DNA of 64,000 bases from a bacterium (GTDB taxonomy: Bacteria; SAR324; NAC60-12). Below are positions 21,775-31,181 of this stretch, in pieces (the first letter of the stretch is position 1; the number at the start of each line of letters is the position of its first letter). The notes beneath the pieces were generated by a model. That model saw only the letters and a program-made list of their open reading frames with translations. It was not told the origin of the DNA and did no database searches. Location: the NCBI GenBank assembly GCA_965205865.1, contig CBDBHR010000029.1:128001-192000 (forward strand). The letters are read 5' to 3'. Made by a program: the position numbers and the translations under genes.

Positions 21775-22935
21775 TCACAAGATGCTTTGTAAACCACGAA
21801 CCAATCGTCCGATTCCTTCAGCAACGGTTTCTTTTTCCAGGGCGCCATAGGCGACCCGTAAATAGCATCCATTCTGCAAACCAAAGGCGGTTCCGGGAAT
21901 CACGGCCACCCGGAATTCCTGGATGAGCCGATGCGCCAGTTCTAAGGAATCATGGGAGCCTTGGACGTTGATTAAAAAATAAAAAGCGCCCCGGGTCTTT
22001 GGGATCCGGATTTGCCCTTCCAGGGGGATTAATTTTTTCAGCACCAGAGAACGGACCTCTGCCAGGGATCGTAAGTGAGGCGCACAGAAGTCCGCTCCTG
22101 CTTGCAGAGCTCCTATGGCGGCATATTGACAGGGGACGGGAGGACAAATCAGAATCGTGTCCTGAATTTTCCGCATTGCAGAGGCCAAATGTCGTGGCGT
22201 CACCATGTATCCGATTCGCCAACCGGCAAATCCGTAGGCTTTTGACAGGGAATAGAGTGAAATCGTGTATTCCTCCGCATCTTCGAGTGATCCTGCAGAG
22301 AAATGCTCGACGCCTTCATAAGTGAAATACTCATAGGCTTCATCGCTGATATGATAAATCCGGGAGGCTCTACACATTTCATTGACAGCTGTCAACGCCT
22401 CGCGCGAATAGACGGCACCGGAAGGATTGTTCGGAGAAACCGTGACCACTGCCCGGGTTTTTGCAGTGATCGCCGCCCGGATTTGATCCGGCTGCAGTTG
22501 GTATTGATCATCAGTGGGCACCAAAACGGGTGTACAGTTGGCGATGGTGATAGCCATCTCATGATTGAAGTAATAGGGGGTCTGTAGAATGATTTCGTCC
22601 CCCGGATTGGTGATGGCCAGGATTGCATTGATGAACCCCATGTTGCCCCCGGCAGTCACGATGACCTGATTTTGAGGAGTAATGGCAATTCGATTCTCCC
22701 TCTGTAACTTTTCTGAAACCACCGAGCGCAACGTATCCACTCCATCGACGGCTTTATATTTGTGTATTTCAGTATCTTGCAATGCCCGCTGCATGTGTTG
22801 CAGCGCCTGGACCGGCGGACCATAATGTACCATTCCCTGTCCCAGGGAGATGGTGCCGGGGACTTGTCGAATCCAATCCCCGATAACCGGAATGATGGGA
22901 GTCTGTACTGCTTGAATCCGTTCTGCTTCTCTCAT
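21775..22935 (-). CDS. PLP-dependent aminotransferase class I/II
   Basis: SPNNPSG, ISDEAY and SLSKAYGFAGWRIG. Confidence 0.93.
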   Translation of the reverse strand: MREAERIQAVQTPIIPVIGDWIRQVPGTISLGQGMVHYGPPVQALQHMQRALQDTEIHKYKAVDGVDTLRSVVSEKLQRENRIAITPQNQVIVTAGGNMGFINAILAITNPGDEIILQTPYYFNHEMAITIANCTPVLVPTDDQYQLQPDQIRAAITAKTRAVVTVSPNNPSGAVYSREALTAVNEMCRASRIYHISDEAYEYFTYEGVEHFSAGSLEDAEEYTISLYSLSKAYGFAGWRIGYMVTPRHLASAMRKIQDTILICPPVPCQYAAIGALQAGADFCAPHLRSLAEVRSLVLKKLIPLEGQIRIPKTRGAFYFLINVQGSHDSLELAHRLIQEFRVAVIPGTAFGLQNGCYLRVAYGALEKETVAEGIGRLVRGLQSIL

Positions 22936-23256
22936 GGGTTCCCCTATTGTTGCCTCTTATCCAATTGCTATTCCCGAAAAACCAGTGCTGACAAAGATGC
23001 TTCATTTGCTGAAAATGTTCAATCATCAAATGCATCGATACATCGAATAGATTTATTTAAGGAATGAAATTTGATGGTCTCCCTCTTGAGTGCAGTTACT
23101 CTGAAAACCGGGGGAAACACACCGGAAAACGCCGTCTATTTGCAAAATAACAACACTCCAGAGGGTCAATTTTGCTGAGAACAGGCACCAACACTCCAGA
23201 GTGTGACTACCGAATTATGATCCCAATGGATTCGCTTCTGGAAAAAGAGGAGGGAC

Positions 23257-23532
23257 CTTTGTTGGAGTCCTGGTAAGACATTTGCCAGCCCCTTCTATTG
23301 GGAGATCATCAATGGAGTGGAGCAATCGATCAAAGGCAATAATATTGAAATGATTGTTTCCAGCTCAGAAGAAAGTTTGGAGCTGGAGCATAAGGCGCTC
23401 CATCTTTTAATCAACCGGCATTGCGATGCTTTACTTCTCTATCTAGAGAATATTGGTGGCCCGGATATTGCGGAAATCAGTGGCTCCCCTTTCGATATGA
23501 ATTGTTTGATTCCGAAAGTTTCTCTGAGATGA
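23257..23532 (+). pseudogene. LacI-family regulator relic (sugar-binding part)
   Basis: FASPFYWEIINGVEQSIKG...LLINRHCDALLL; no HTH, frameshifted and truncated. Confidence 0.55.
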
Positions 23533-23545
23533 AAGCCATTTTAGA

Positions 23546-24784
23546 TTAGATTTTTTTTACGGTGCTCCAATGGGGGCGAAAATATATAGGGATGTTCTCA
23601 ATGGCCTGTTCGGAGTAGTGATCCTTGGATGAAAGAATTCCGTGAGGAGGTTTATATTTTTCGAGAAAGCTGCGAAAGGACCTGGTCATTTTTGCTCCAC
23701 CTGTTGATGATTTGACTTCGATGGGTATCACACGATTTCCTTTATCAATGACAAAATCAACTTCCGCTTTGGATTTGGTCCGCCAGTATTGAATGTCAAA
23801 ATCGACTTTCAAGAGTTCCGAAGCAATAAAATTTTCGTTAAGACTTCCAAGGTCTGTTCGATTTTCGATGGAGTTGAAATTCTTAATAGAAATATTGCGA
23901 AAGCCATTGTCAATGAAATAATATTTTAGAGATTTCACCAATTCCAACCGTTTATTTTTGAAAAAAGGCCGACAAGGAGCAATAATAAAAGTTTTTGTTA
24001 AAATATCGAGGGCTTTGAGAAGTTCTTGATTCTTGAAACCTGTCAATAAAGATAGTTCATTGTAACTACAAATATTACTGATCTGCAGGGAGAGAGCTTT
24101 TATTAATTTTTCAAGTTTCAAATCATTTTGATAGTTCAGAATTTGACGCACCTCCTTCAGAAGATAAGTCTGAAAAATATTTTTCAAGATCAGTTCTTTT
24201 TCTTGAAGAGATTGAGCCAAAATGACTCTTGGATATCCTCCATAAATCACATATTCCTGATAATACGGATTTATCTTTCGAATGACCGCTGAACTCAAAG
24301 GCTGGTTTTCCTCAGCAAGTTGAGAGAGAGTAGGGTTTCGGAAGCTCAAAAATTCATCGAAAGAAAAAGGATATAAGACAAAAACAAAAATACGACCCAC
24401 CAAATGTCGAATACTTTGGATAGACAATTCAGTGGCTGAAGACCCTGTGATAATTATTTTTATCTGACAACTGTCGTAGATATATTTGAGCTGTTTGCCT
24501 CCATCAATGGCGTATTGAAATTCATCAATGATCAGATAATCTTTCCCTTCCACATGAAGTTTAATAAAGGCTTTAATATCATTTATAAACAAATTCAACT
24601 CATCCCGATCCTCAAAATCCAGAAAATTGACTGTTTTTCCTTTTAACTCCTTTGTAATGTGTTGAACTAAAGTCGTTTTACCACATTGTCTTGATCCAAT
24701 AATTGCAATGATTTCTGGTGAATCGAGATAAGGTAGGATTTCTTTTTCTAAACCCCTTTTGATATAGAAAGTGTTTTTCCTCAT
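23546..24784 (-). CDS. AAA_14 ATPase with C-terminal DUF4143 (PD-(D/E)xK-like) domain
   Basis: GSRQCGKT, IIDEFQ, TGSS, YGGYP and EVDFV...IEVK; visibly AT-rich. Confidence 0.9.
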   Translation of the reverse strand: MRKNTFYIKRGLEKEILPYLDSPEIIAIIGSRQCGKTTLVQHITKELKGKTVNFLDFEDRDELNLFINDIKAFIKLHVEGKDYLIIDEFQYAIDGGKQLKYIYDSCQIKIIITGSSATELSIQSIRHLVGRIFVFVLYPFSFDEFLSFRNPTLSQLAEENQPLSSAVIRKINPYYQEYVIYGGYPRVILAQSLQEKELILKNIFQTYLLKEVRQILNYQNDLKLEKLIKALSLQISNICSYNELSLLTGFKNQELLKALDILTKTFIIAPCRPFFKNKRLELVKSLKYYFIDNGFRNISIKNFNSIENRTDLGSLNENFIASELLKVDFDIQYWRTKSKAEVDFVIDKGNRVIPIEVKSSTGGAKMTRSFRSFLEKYKPPHGILSSKDHYSEQAIENIPIYFRPHWSTVKKI

Positions 24785-24869
24785 AAGTAAACCCTGATAA
24801 AATTTTATTGAATTAAAAATAGCAGGGTTATTATTTATGAATTATTAATAATGGCCAAGTTATTATTTT

Positions 24870-25654
24870 AAATCCAGGGACAGTTACTAATTATTTGCAA
24901 TGGATTCCATAATTTGATAATGGTTGTGAATCATTATCGAAGATAGAATTTTCACTTCAGAAATTGGAGATAAGATGGCCAGGTTAGCGAGAGTGGTCCT
25001 TCCAGGTGTCCCCCATCATGTCACCCAAAGAGGGGTTCGCTCCCTGGAAATCTTTTCAAGTGACGAGGATCGCAGAGAGTATCTCTCTCTTCTCAACGAG
25101 TATGGAGCAAAAGCAGGATTGGAGTTTTTATCCTATTGTCTGATGAATAACCATCTCCATCTTCTGGTCATTCCTCAGCATGAAAAAAGTTTAAGAGAAG
25201 GCATCGGCGAGACTCATAAACGCTACTCTCGTCTGGTGAATTTCCGAGAAAAGGTTCGTGGGCATTTATTTCAAGAACGTTTCTTCTCTTGTCCCCTCGA
25301 TCTTGCCCACTTGAGCGCCGTGGCAAGATATGTGGAGCGAAACCCGGTTCGTGCTGGAATCTGCCGCCACGCCAAAGATTTTCCCTGGTCTAGCGCCCGA
25401 TTTCATCTGGGGATGATTGATCGAGATCCCTTGGTTCAGCAAAGTCAATGGTTTGGCAGTCCTGACGATTGGAAGGAGTATCTCAAGGAGGAGTCCCATG
25501 ATTTAGAAAGATTTCGAGCACATTTTCGGACGGGTCGCCCCTTGGGAGATGACCGTTTTTTAAGAAAGGCGGAAGCCATCACCAAACGAGAATTGAGTCC
25601 AAAGAAACCAGGGAGACCTAAAAAAGATAAAAATTAGTAACTGTCCCCGGATTT
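24870..25654. mobile_element. Y1 transposase unit bounded by 23-bp inverted repeats
   Basis: AAATCCAGGGACAGTTACTAATT (24870-24892) and the reverse complement of AAATCCGGGGACAGTTACTAATT (25632-25654). Confidence 0.8.
24975..25637 (+). CDS. REP-associated/IS200-like tyrosine (Y1 HUH) transposase
   Basis: PHHVTQRG, YCLMNNHLHLL (HUH), YVERNPVRAG and WSS. Confidence 0.92.
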   Translation: MARLARVVLPGVPHHVTQRGVRSLEIFSSDEDRREYLSLLNEYGAKAGLEFLSYCLMNNHLHLLVIPQHEKSLREGIGETHKRYSRLVNFREKVRGHLFQERFFSCPLDLAHLSAVARYVERNPVRAGICRHAKDFPWSSARFHLGMIDRDPLVQQSQWFGSPDDWKEYLKEESHDLERFRAHFRTGRPLGDDRFLRKAEAITKRELSPKKPGRPKKDKN

Positions 25655-25751
25655 CCATGCCTGGCTGCAAATAAGGCTCGCTGTTTGCCAAACGCTTTGA
25701 TATACTTACTGAAAACAAGTGATTTCATGTTCCCCTTCTTTAAGGATCGTC

Positions 25752-26602
25752 ATGTTGAAACATCCCATTTCTCCGACAGTAGATTGTGTCTTCAAGAGCA
25801 TATTGGGGTCTGAGGGAAATACAAATTTATTGATTGATTTCCTCAACGGCGTGCTGGCTCCGGAGTCTCCCATTTTGGATGTTGAAATCCTCAACCCCTA
25901 CAATGAACGCGAGTTTTATTCGGACAAATTGACCATAGTCGATGTCAAAGCCAAAGATGAAAATAGAACCACCTACCAGATAGAAATTCAATTGTCCGTT
26001 TTTCCTCATTTGCCGGAGAGGATGCTCTACACGTGGAGCGATATTTATCGATCCCAACTGCAAAGCGGAGAGGAATTCGCCCAACTGCGGCCGGTCATTT
26101 CCATTTGGATGCTGACTCCCAACTTGTTTCCCGAAAGCCCTGCCTTTCATCATCACTTCCAATTAGTGGATCAGGAAAACCAAAAAAGATTCTCGGAGCA
26201 TTGTTCAATCCATCTTTTAGAATTGGACAAATGGAAGTATTCTGAGGCATTGAACAGGGAAGACCAATGGTTGTTTTTTTTAAAGAAGCCGCAAACTGGA
26301 AGGAATTACCCGAAATCATCAACACCCCTGAAATGAGGAAAGCAATGGCAGTTTTAAAACGATTTTCTGAAAAAGAAGCCGATTATCACTTATACCAAGC
26401 CCGCCAAAATGCAATCCGTGAGGAAAAAACAAGGCAAATGCTTTTGGAAGAGGCCCTGCGAGACAAGGAAGAGGCCCTGCGAGACAAGGAAGAGGCCCTG
26501 CGAGACAAGGAAGAGGCCCTGCGAGACAAGGAAGAGGCAAAAGCTAATGAAAAAAGTCTCAGAGAAATCTTGAAAAAAGCTGGAATAGATCCGGATGTAT
26601 AA
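25752..26602 (+). CDS. Rpn-family PD-(D/E)xK nuclease, frameshifted in a T8 run at 26274-26281
   Basis: PTVDCVFKSILG, VDVKAKD...QIEIQ and HLLELDK; coiled-coil tail in the next frame. Confidence 0.85.
26446..26538 (+). repeat. 21-bp tandem repeat, 4 full units plus a partial (EEALRDK)
   Basis: GGAAGAGGCCCTGCGAGACAA repeated exactly. Confidence 0.95.
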
Positions 26603-26668
26603 GCTCTTTTTCTTTGGTTTCTCACGACAACCACGTCTGTAACGGGGACAGGTTCTTTGGTGCGCTTA

Positions 26669-27634
26669 CTAGTTGAAAGGGTTGAGCAGTCTGGAGAGGA
26701 GACCTCGTTTGCGTTTCTTTGCGGCGCCATAACTGCCCTCTCCGTCCCGCAGCCGCGGGTCGAGCAGGTCCCTGAGGGCATCGCCGTACATGTTGAAACA
26801 GTAAACGACAATAGTCAGGCAAAGACCAGGAAAGAGAGCCAGCCAGGGCGCCTGCTGCATGTACTGGCGTCCTTCCCGGCTGAGTATCCCTCCCCAACTG
26901 GGAACCTTGACGGGCAGTCCGAATCCGAGAAAGCTCAGCGACGCCTCGGCAATGATGACACCGCCAATGTTGATCGAGAAGATGATGATGAGGGGTGCAA
27001 TGATATTGGGCAGGACATGGCGGATCAGGATTTGGCTCGTGGGGGTGCCCACGGCCCGGGCTGCCAGAAAATAGTCATTCTCTTTGATGCCGATCACGGC
27101 GCCTCGGACGACTCGGGAACCCCCGATGCCTCCTGATATCCCCAGGACGACGATGATCTGGACGAGACCCTGTCCCACGATGGACATGATGGTTAACAAG
27201 AGGAGCAATACCGGAAAGGCCATCCAGGCATCGACAAAGCGCTGCACCGCCAGGTCCACTTTCCCACCAAGAAACCCTGAGGTGACTCCGATCAGGGTCG
27301 CAACCACCACATTGAGCGTGGTCGCAGCCAGGCCGACCAATATGGAAAGACGAGCCCCATAGATAAGGCGGCTCAATAAGTCTCGCCCCAGATGGTCGGT
27401 CCCCAGCAGATACTGGGCTGATGGGGTTTTCAGTATGTCAGCCAGGTGTATTTCATCAAATGGATAAGGAATCAGAACATCGGCAAAGAGTGCCACCAAA
27501 GTCAATATCAAAATGATAATCCCGCAGATAGTACCCAGTGGCTTCTCCTTGAGAAGCCTGATAAAGAAATTCACAAACCGGCCCCGTCGCTTGGGTTCAC
27601 TGACAGAGGATGGTGTTTCTTGGGTGTTGTTCAT
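26669..27634 (-). CDS. Peptide/nickel ABC permease (DppC-like), paralog of 10570..11541
   Basis: LLGTDHLGRD, HVLPN and GDALRDLLDP. Confidence 0.93.
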   Translation of the reverse strand: MNNTQETPSSVSEPKRRGRFVNFFIRLLKEKPLGTICGIIILILTLVALFADVLIPYPFDEIHLADILKTPSAQYLLGTDHLGRDLLSRLIYGARLSILVGLAATTLNVVVATLIGVTSGFLGGKVDLAVQRFVDAWMAFPVLLLLLTIMSIVGQGLVQIIVVLGISGGIGGSRVVRGAVIGIKENDYFLAARAVGTPTSQILIRHVLPNIIAPLIIIFSINIGGVIIAEASLSFLGFGLPVKVPSWGGILSREGRQYMQQAPWLALFPGLCLTIVVYCFNMYGDALRDLLDPRLRDGEGSYGAAKKRKRGLLSRLLNPFN

Positions 27635-27696
27635 GTTATAGGTGTCTTCCCTCTATCAAGTGGTTTCACAGGTTTAAATGGACAGATAGAGTTTTT

Positions 27697-27814
27697 ACCC
27701 ACCCCCCCTCCTTCGGAGGCACCCCTCCAAGGAGGGGAATCTCTATTCACACTTTCATAGCTTCTGAGCAAATCCCCTCTTGGGAGGGGTGGAAGCGAAG
27801 CGGACGGGGTGGGT
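27697..27814. repeat. Inverted REP-like doublet between permease genes
   Basis: ACCCACCCC...ACCCCTCCAAGGAGGGGAAT paired with ATCCCCTCTTGGGAGGGGT...GGGGTGGGT. Confidence 0.65.
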
Positions 27815-28771
27815 CTATTCATACCGCACCCTGGGGTCTAAATAAGGATAAATCAGGTCGATCAGGAGATTGAGCAGCACCACCCCAGTGGCGAAGAATA
27901 GGTTTACTCCGGAGACCAGCGGGTAGTCTCTGTCGGTGAGCGCGGTCATCATGAGACGCCCGAGCCCCGGCAGGGCAAAGATGTTCTCCATGATCACGGC
28001 GCCCCCGACGAGGATCGGCAATTGCAGGCCGATCAGGGTCACCACCGGGATGAAGGCATTCTTGATGGCGTGTCTCACCACAACCACCCGCTCCTTGAGC
28101 CCCTTGGACCAGGCGGTGCGGATATAGTCCTGCCGGAGCACCTCCAGCATCATGGTGCGCATCAGCCGCATGGTGGCGGCCGCCATCGCCGTCCCCAGAA
28201 TCAGGCTGGGAATGAGGAACATCCCGAGACTCCCCAGCGGGTCTTCGGTGAAAGGAATCAGTTCAATCGGGGGCGACCAGCCCCACCAGATGGCCGGGTA
28301 GACCATCACCATCACGCCCAGCCAGAAGTTCGGCGTAGCCAGGCCGATGATGGCGAGGGAGCGCCCCACATAGTCAGCGGCCGTATCCTGGCGGATCGCC
28401 GAGTAGATGCCGACGGGCAGGGCGATCAGGAGCCCGATCACGATTGACAACAAACCAAGCTCTATGGTTACCGGCAATCTACCTAGTATTCTCTCCTCTA
28501 CCGGAAAACCGCCGCCCACCAGTGATTCGCCAAGGGTGCCGCGCAGTAAGATACCTCCTATCCAGCGGCCATACTGCACGTAGGCAGGCACGTCTAATCC
28601 CAGCATACGCTCCAGCGCTTCACGGTCTACCTCACCCACAAATTCAGCCTTAGCCAGCATGGCGACTATGACATCGCCGGGAATGAAGCGGACCGAAAAA
28701 AAGACGATGATGCTCAAGATGAACAGGGTGGGGATGATCAGCAATAACCGCCTGATGATGTACGCTTTCAT
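27815..28771 (-). CDS. Peptide/nickel ABC permease (DppB-like), paralog of 11627..12583
   Basis: YIIRRLL, EVLRQDYIRTAWSKGL and YLDPRVRYE. Confidence 0.93.
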   Translation of the reverse strand: MKAYIIRRLLLIIPTLFILSIIVFFSVRFIPGDVIVAMLAKAEFVGEVDREALERMLGLDVPAYVQYGRWIGGILLRGTLGESLVGGGFPVEERILGRLPVTIELGLLSIVIGLLIALPVGIYSAIRQDTAADYVGRSLAIIGLATPNFWLGVMVMVYPAIWWGWSPPIELIPFTEDPLGSLGMFLIPSLILGTAMAAATMRLMRTMMLEVLRQDYIRTAWSKGLKERVVVVRHAIKNAFIPVVTLIGLQLPILVGGAVIMENIFALPGLGRLMMTALTDRDYPLVSGVNLFFATGVVLLNLLIDLIYPYLDPRVRYE

Positions 28772-28865
28772 GACAGACTCGGAGTGGTGGATGTGCTTGG
28801 GAGTGTGCTTGGGAGGACGCTCGGAAGCGGTGCTGGGGGCCTGGGGCCCCCAGCTCGAAACCGCG

Positions 28866-30644
28866 CTAGTAACCCATTTCTTCCTTCAGCGCACTATCAA
28901 TCCAGAGGCGGCTGAGGACTTCTTGCCGCTCGGAAGGTCCCAAGTACATTGCTTCACCGTTAAAGCCGATGACCCACGGCTGATGAAAAATCAACTGTGG
29001 AAGTTTAGGACCCCACATCTGCCAGTGCTTCTCTATTGCGTACATATCTGCCTCTCTCACTAGCCGCTGCTGCTCCTCAATGGTGGTCGCGGCCAGGGCG
29101 GCGTCAACGAGGGCGTCCAACTCAGGCCACTTAGATCCGGGGCGGTTCCACTGTGCGTCCGAGCGATGCCAGCCTACCAATAGGGCAGGGTCATAGCCAG
29201 AGGCGCCCGCAATGGTCCCCATCACGCCTTTATAAGTCCCCGCGAATACCTCCTCGTGATAGGCGGCCCAGTCCTCAAAATAGACAATCTCAACATCGAC
29301 ACCAATCTTAGCCCAGTAGGAGACAGCTATTTCTACATAGCTTAAACCACCCACAGACCCCAGTATTCTCACGACGGTGTTGAATCTAGTGCCGTCCGCG
29401 CCGCGCGGATATCCAGCTTCGTCAAGGAGCTTCCCGGCACCTTCCGGGTCGTACCGATAGCCCTTCTTGACCTCTTCGGGCCACTCTTCAAAGGGGAGGT
29501 AATACCCTTTCACCCCGACCATCCCCATGGGGGTCGTATTTCCCTGACCCTTAAAAAAGGTAGAGTTAATGGTCTCAAGGTCCAGTGCCATCTGCATGGC
29601 CTGGCGCACGCGGATGTCGTCAAAGGGCGGCTCGCGCATTTGTGTCGCAAAGGCATGATTCGACCGAAACCACCACTCGTGCGGCACGAGTTCGGGGTTG
29701 GTCTGCTGGAGGCTCTCTGCCCCTGGCGTAGAAAGAGCCCAAGGAGTGACAAAATCAATCTTGCCTGAGCGTACTGCCGCCAAAATTGTTGTTTCCTCTG
29801 GAATTTTCGATAGCCTTAGCTCGTCAATGTAGGGCAAGCGGTTCTGCGGGTACTTTTCGTCATAGCCCCAGTAGTCAGGATTCTTGGTCCAGGTGATAGA
29901 GCTGTCCTCGACGAAGTCAGTCAGCATAAAGGGCCCGGTGCCGACCAGGTTCCTCCAATCCTTAACGTCGCCTTGTTCCTTGATGACCTCGGGGGGCATA
30001 ATGTAAACAAAGTAGTCGCTGAGGATAAGCTTCAGGGCAGGCAGGTAGGGCTCCTTCAGCTTCATCACAACCGTCGAATCGTCGGTGGCCGTTATCGATT
30101 CGAAGGGGATGGCTTTGAGTGGGCCAACGGCACCAAAGGGAGTCGGTTCGGTGAAGCCGCTGCCCAGACCCAACATACGGTGAAAGTTATACTCGACATC
30201 CTGCGCCGTCAGGAGACGGCCGTTCATCGGTGCCTTCTGGTGCCAGCGAACGCCGTCACGGATATGGAAGACAAAGGTTGTGTCGTCGGGCATCTCCCAG
30301 CTTTCCGCCAGCCTCCCTGTTATGGCAGACACAGGGAGCGGGCCCGAATTAAAGTCCCATTCGTCTCGATCTATTCCCCAGTTGCCGATACCCAGCTTCT
30401 GTGCGACACCATTGATGAGAATGCCCGCCCAGCCGAAATAGGGGTCAACTTGCGACGTATATGTTCTCAAGACGTAGGTTAATCTCCCGCCGTACTCAGG
30501 TACACTCACCATTTTTCCAGTGGTCGGATCTTTGACCATCTTTTTCTCAGCCGCAATGGCTGGACTGACCCCGAGGGCGGCCACCATCAGGGTGAGGGTG
30601 AGCAGGATTGCACTGAAGGTTGATTTGTTTATTTGATTTTTCAT
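28866..30644 (-). CDS. ABC substrate-binding protein, family 5
   Basis: Signal peptide from MKNQ; AAEKKMVKDPTTGKMV shared with the first SBP; LAESWE, VGTGPF and PFDDIRVR. Confidence 0.92.
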   Translation of the reverse strand: MKNQINKSTFSAILLTLTLMVAALGVSPAIAAEKKMVKDPTTGKMVSVPEYGGRLTYVLRTYTSQVDPYFGWAGILINGVAQKLGIGNWGIDRDEWDFNSGPLPVSAITGRLAESWEMPDDTTFVFHIRDGVRWHQKAPMNGRLLTAQDVEYNFHRMLGLGSGFTEPTPFGAVGPLKAIPFESITATDDSTVVMKLKEPYLPALKLILSDYFVYIMPPEVIKEQGDVKDWRNLVGTGPFMLTDFVEDSSITWTKNPDYWGYDEKYPQNRLPYIDELRLSKIPEETTILAAVRSGKIDFVTPWALSTPGAESLQQTNPELVPHEWWFRSNHAFATQMREPPFDDIRVRQAMQMALDLETINSTFFKGQGNTTPMGMVGVKGYYLPFEEWPEEVKKGYRYDPEGAGKLLDEAGYPRGADGTRFNTVVRILGSVGGLSYVEIAVSYWAKIGVDVEIVYFEDWAAYHEEVFAGTYKGVMGTIAGASGYDPALLVGWHRSDAQWNRPGSKWPELDALVDAALAATTIEEQQRLVREADMYAIEKHWQMWGPKLPQLIFHQPWVIGFNGEAMYLGPSERQEVLSRLWIDSALKEEMGY

Positions 30645-30680
30645 CTTTTTCCTTTTGAATGGATGTTCAAGATTAAGGAT

Positions 30681-30844
30681 TGCTTTGAAACCTGCCTTCA
30701 TTCCCGAAAGCACGTTCTCGACGATTGCTCTACTTTTTTGACGGTTCATCGTGCTCCTTTCTGCTTTTTGATTAAAAACAAGATTGCGGGTTGCTTTAAA
30801 ACCTGCTTTCGTTCCCGAAAGCACGTTTTCGACGATTGCTCTAC
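30681..30844 (-). repeat. Two 53-bp hairpin repeats upstream of the SBP (30681-30733, 30792-30844)
   Basis: GTAGAGCAATCGTCGA(A/G)AACGTGCTTTCG-GGAA-(C/T)GAA(A/G)GCAGGTTT. Confidence 0.85.
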
Positions 30845-31119
30845 ACATTGGGTCTCCTTCATTTTGGAGTGATCAAAAAACCAATTCATTGGCTCCAGGA
30901 TGGGGCAATGAACCATAAACCGACGCACTCAGGCGCCGATGATTTTCCAAATTCCCCATTGCTGTTTCGTTCCCAGAACGGGGAACGAGAGATCTTAAGG
31001 ATCTCTCCCTGATGTCGAGATAAGATAAGGGGGTAGAACTTGGGATTGGGAATTCGTTGCTTGGGGCTTTTGACTTAGAGCTTGAGAGTGGAAACTGGAA
31101 ACAAGGAACTGATAACTTA

Positions 31120-31181
31120 ATATGGGATATGGGATATGGGATATGGGATATGGGATATGGGATATGGGATATGGGATATGG
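31120..31181. repeat. Heptamer tandem repeat (ATATGGG) x8 plus a partial unit
   Basis: Direct reading. Confidence 0.95.

Noticed and set aside
26446-26538. 21-bp repeats as CRISPR
   Set aside because: Head-to-tail coding repeats without spacers
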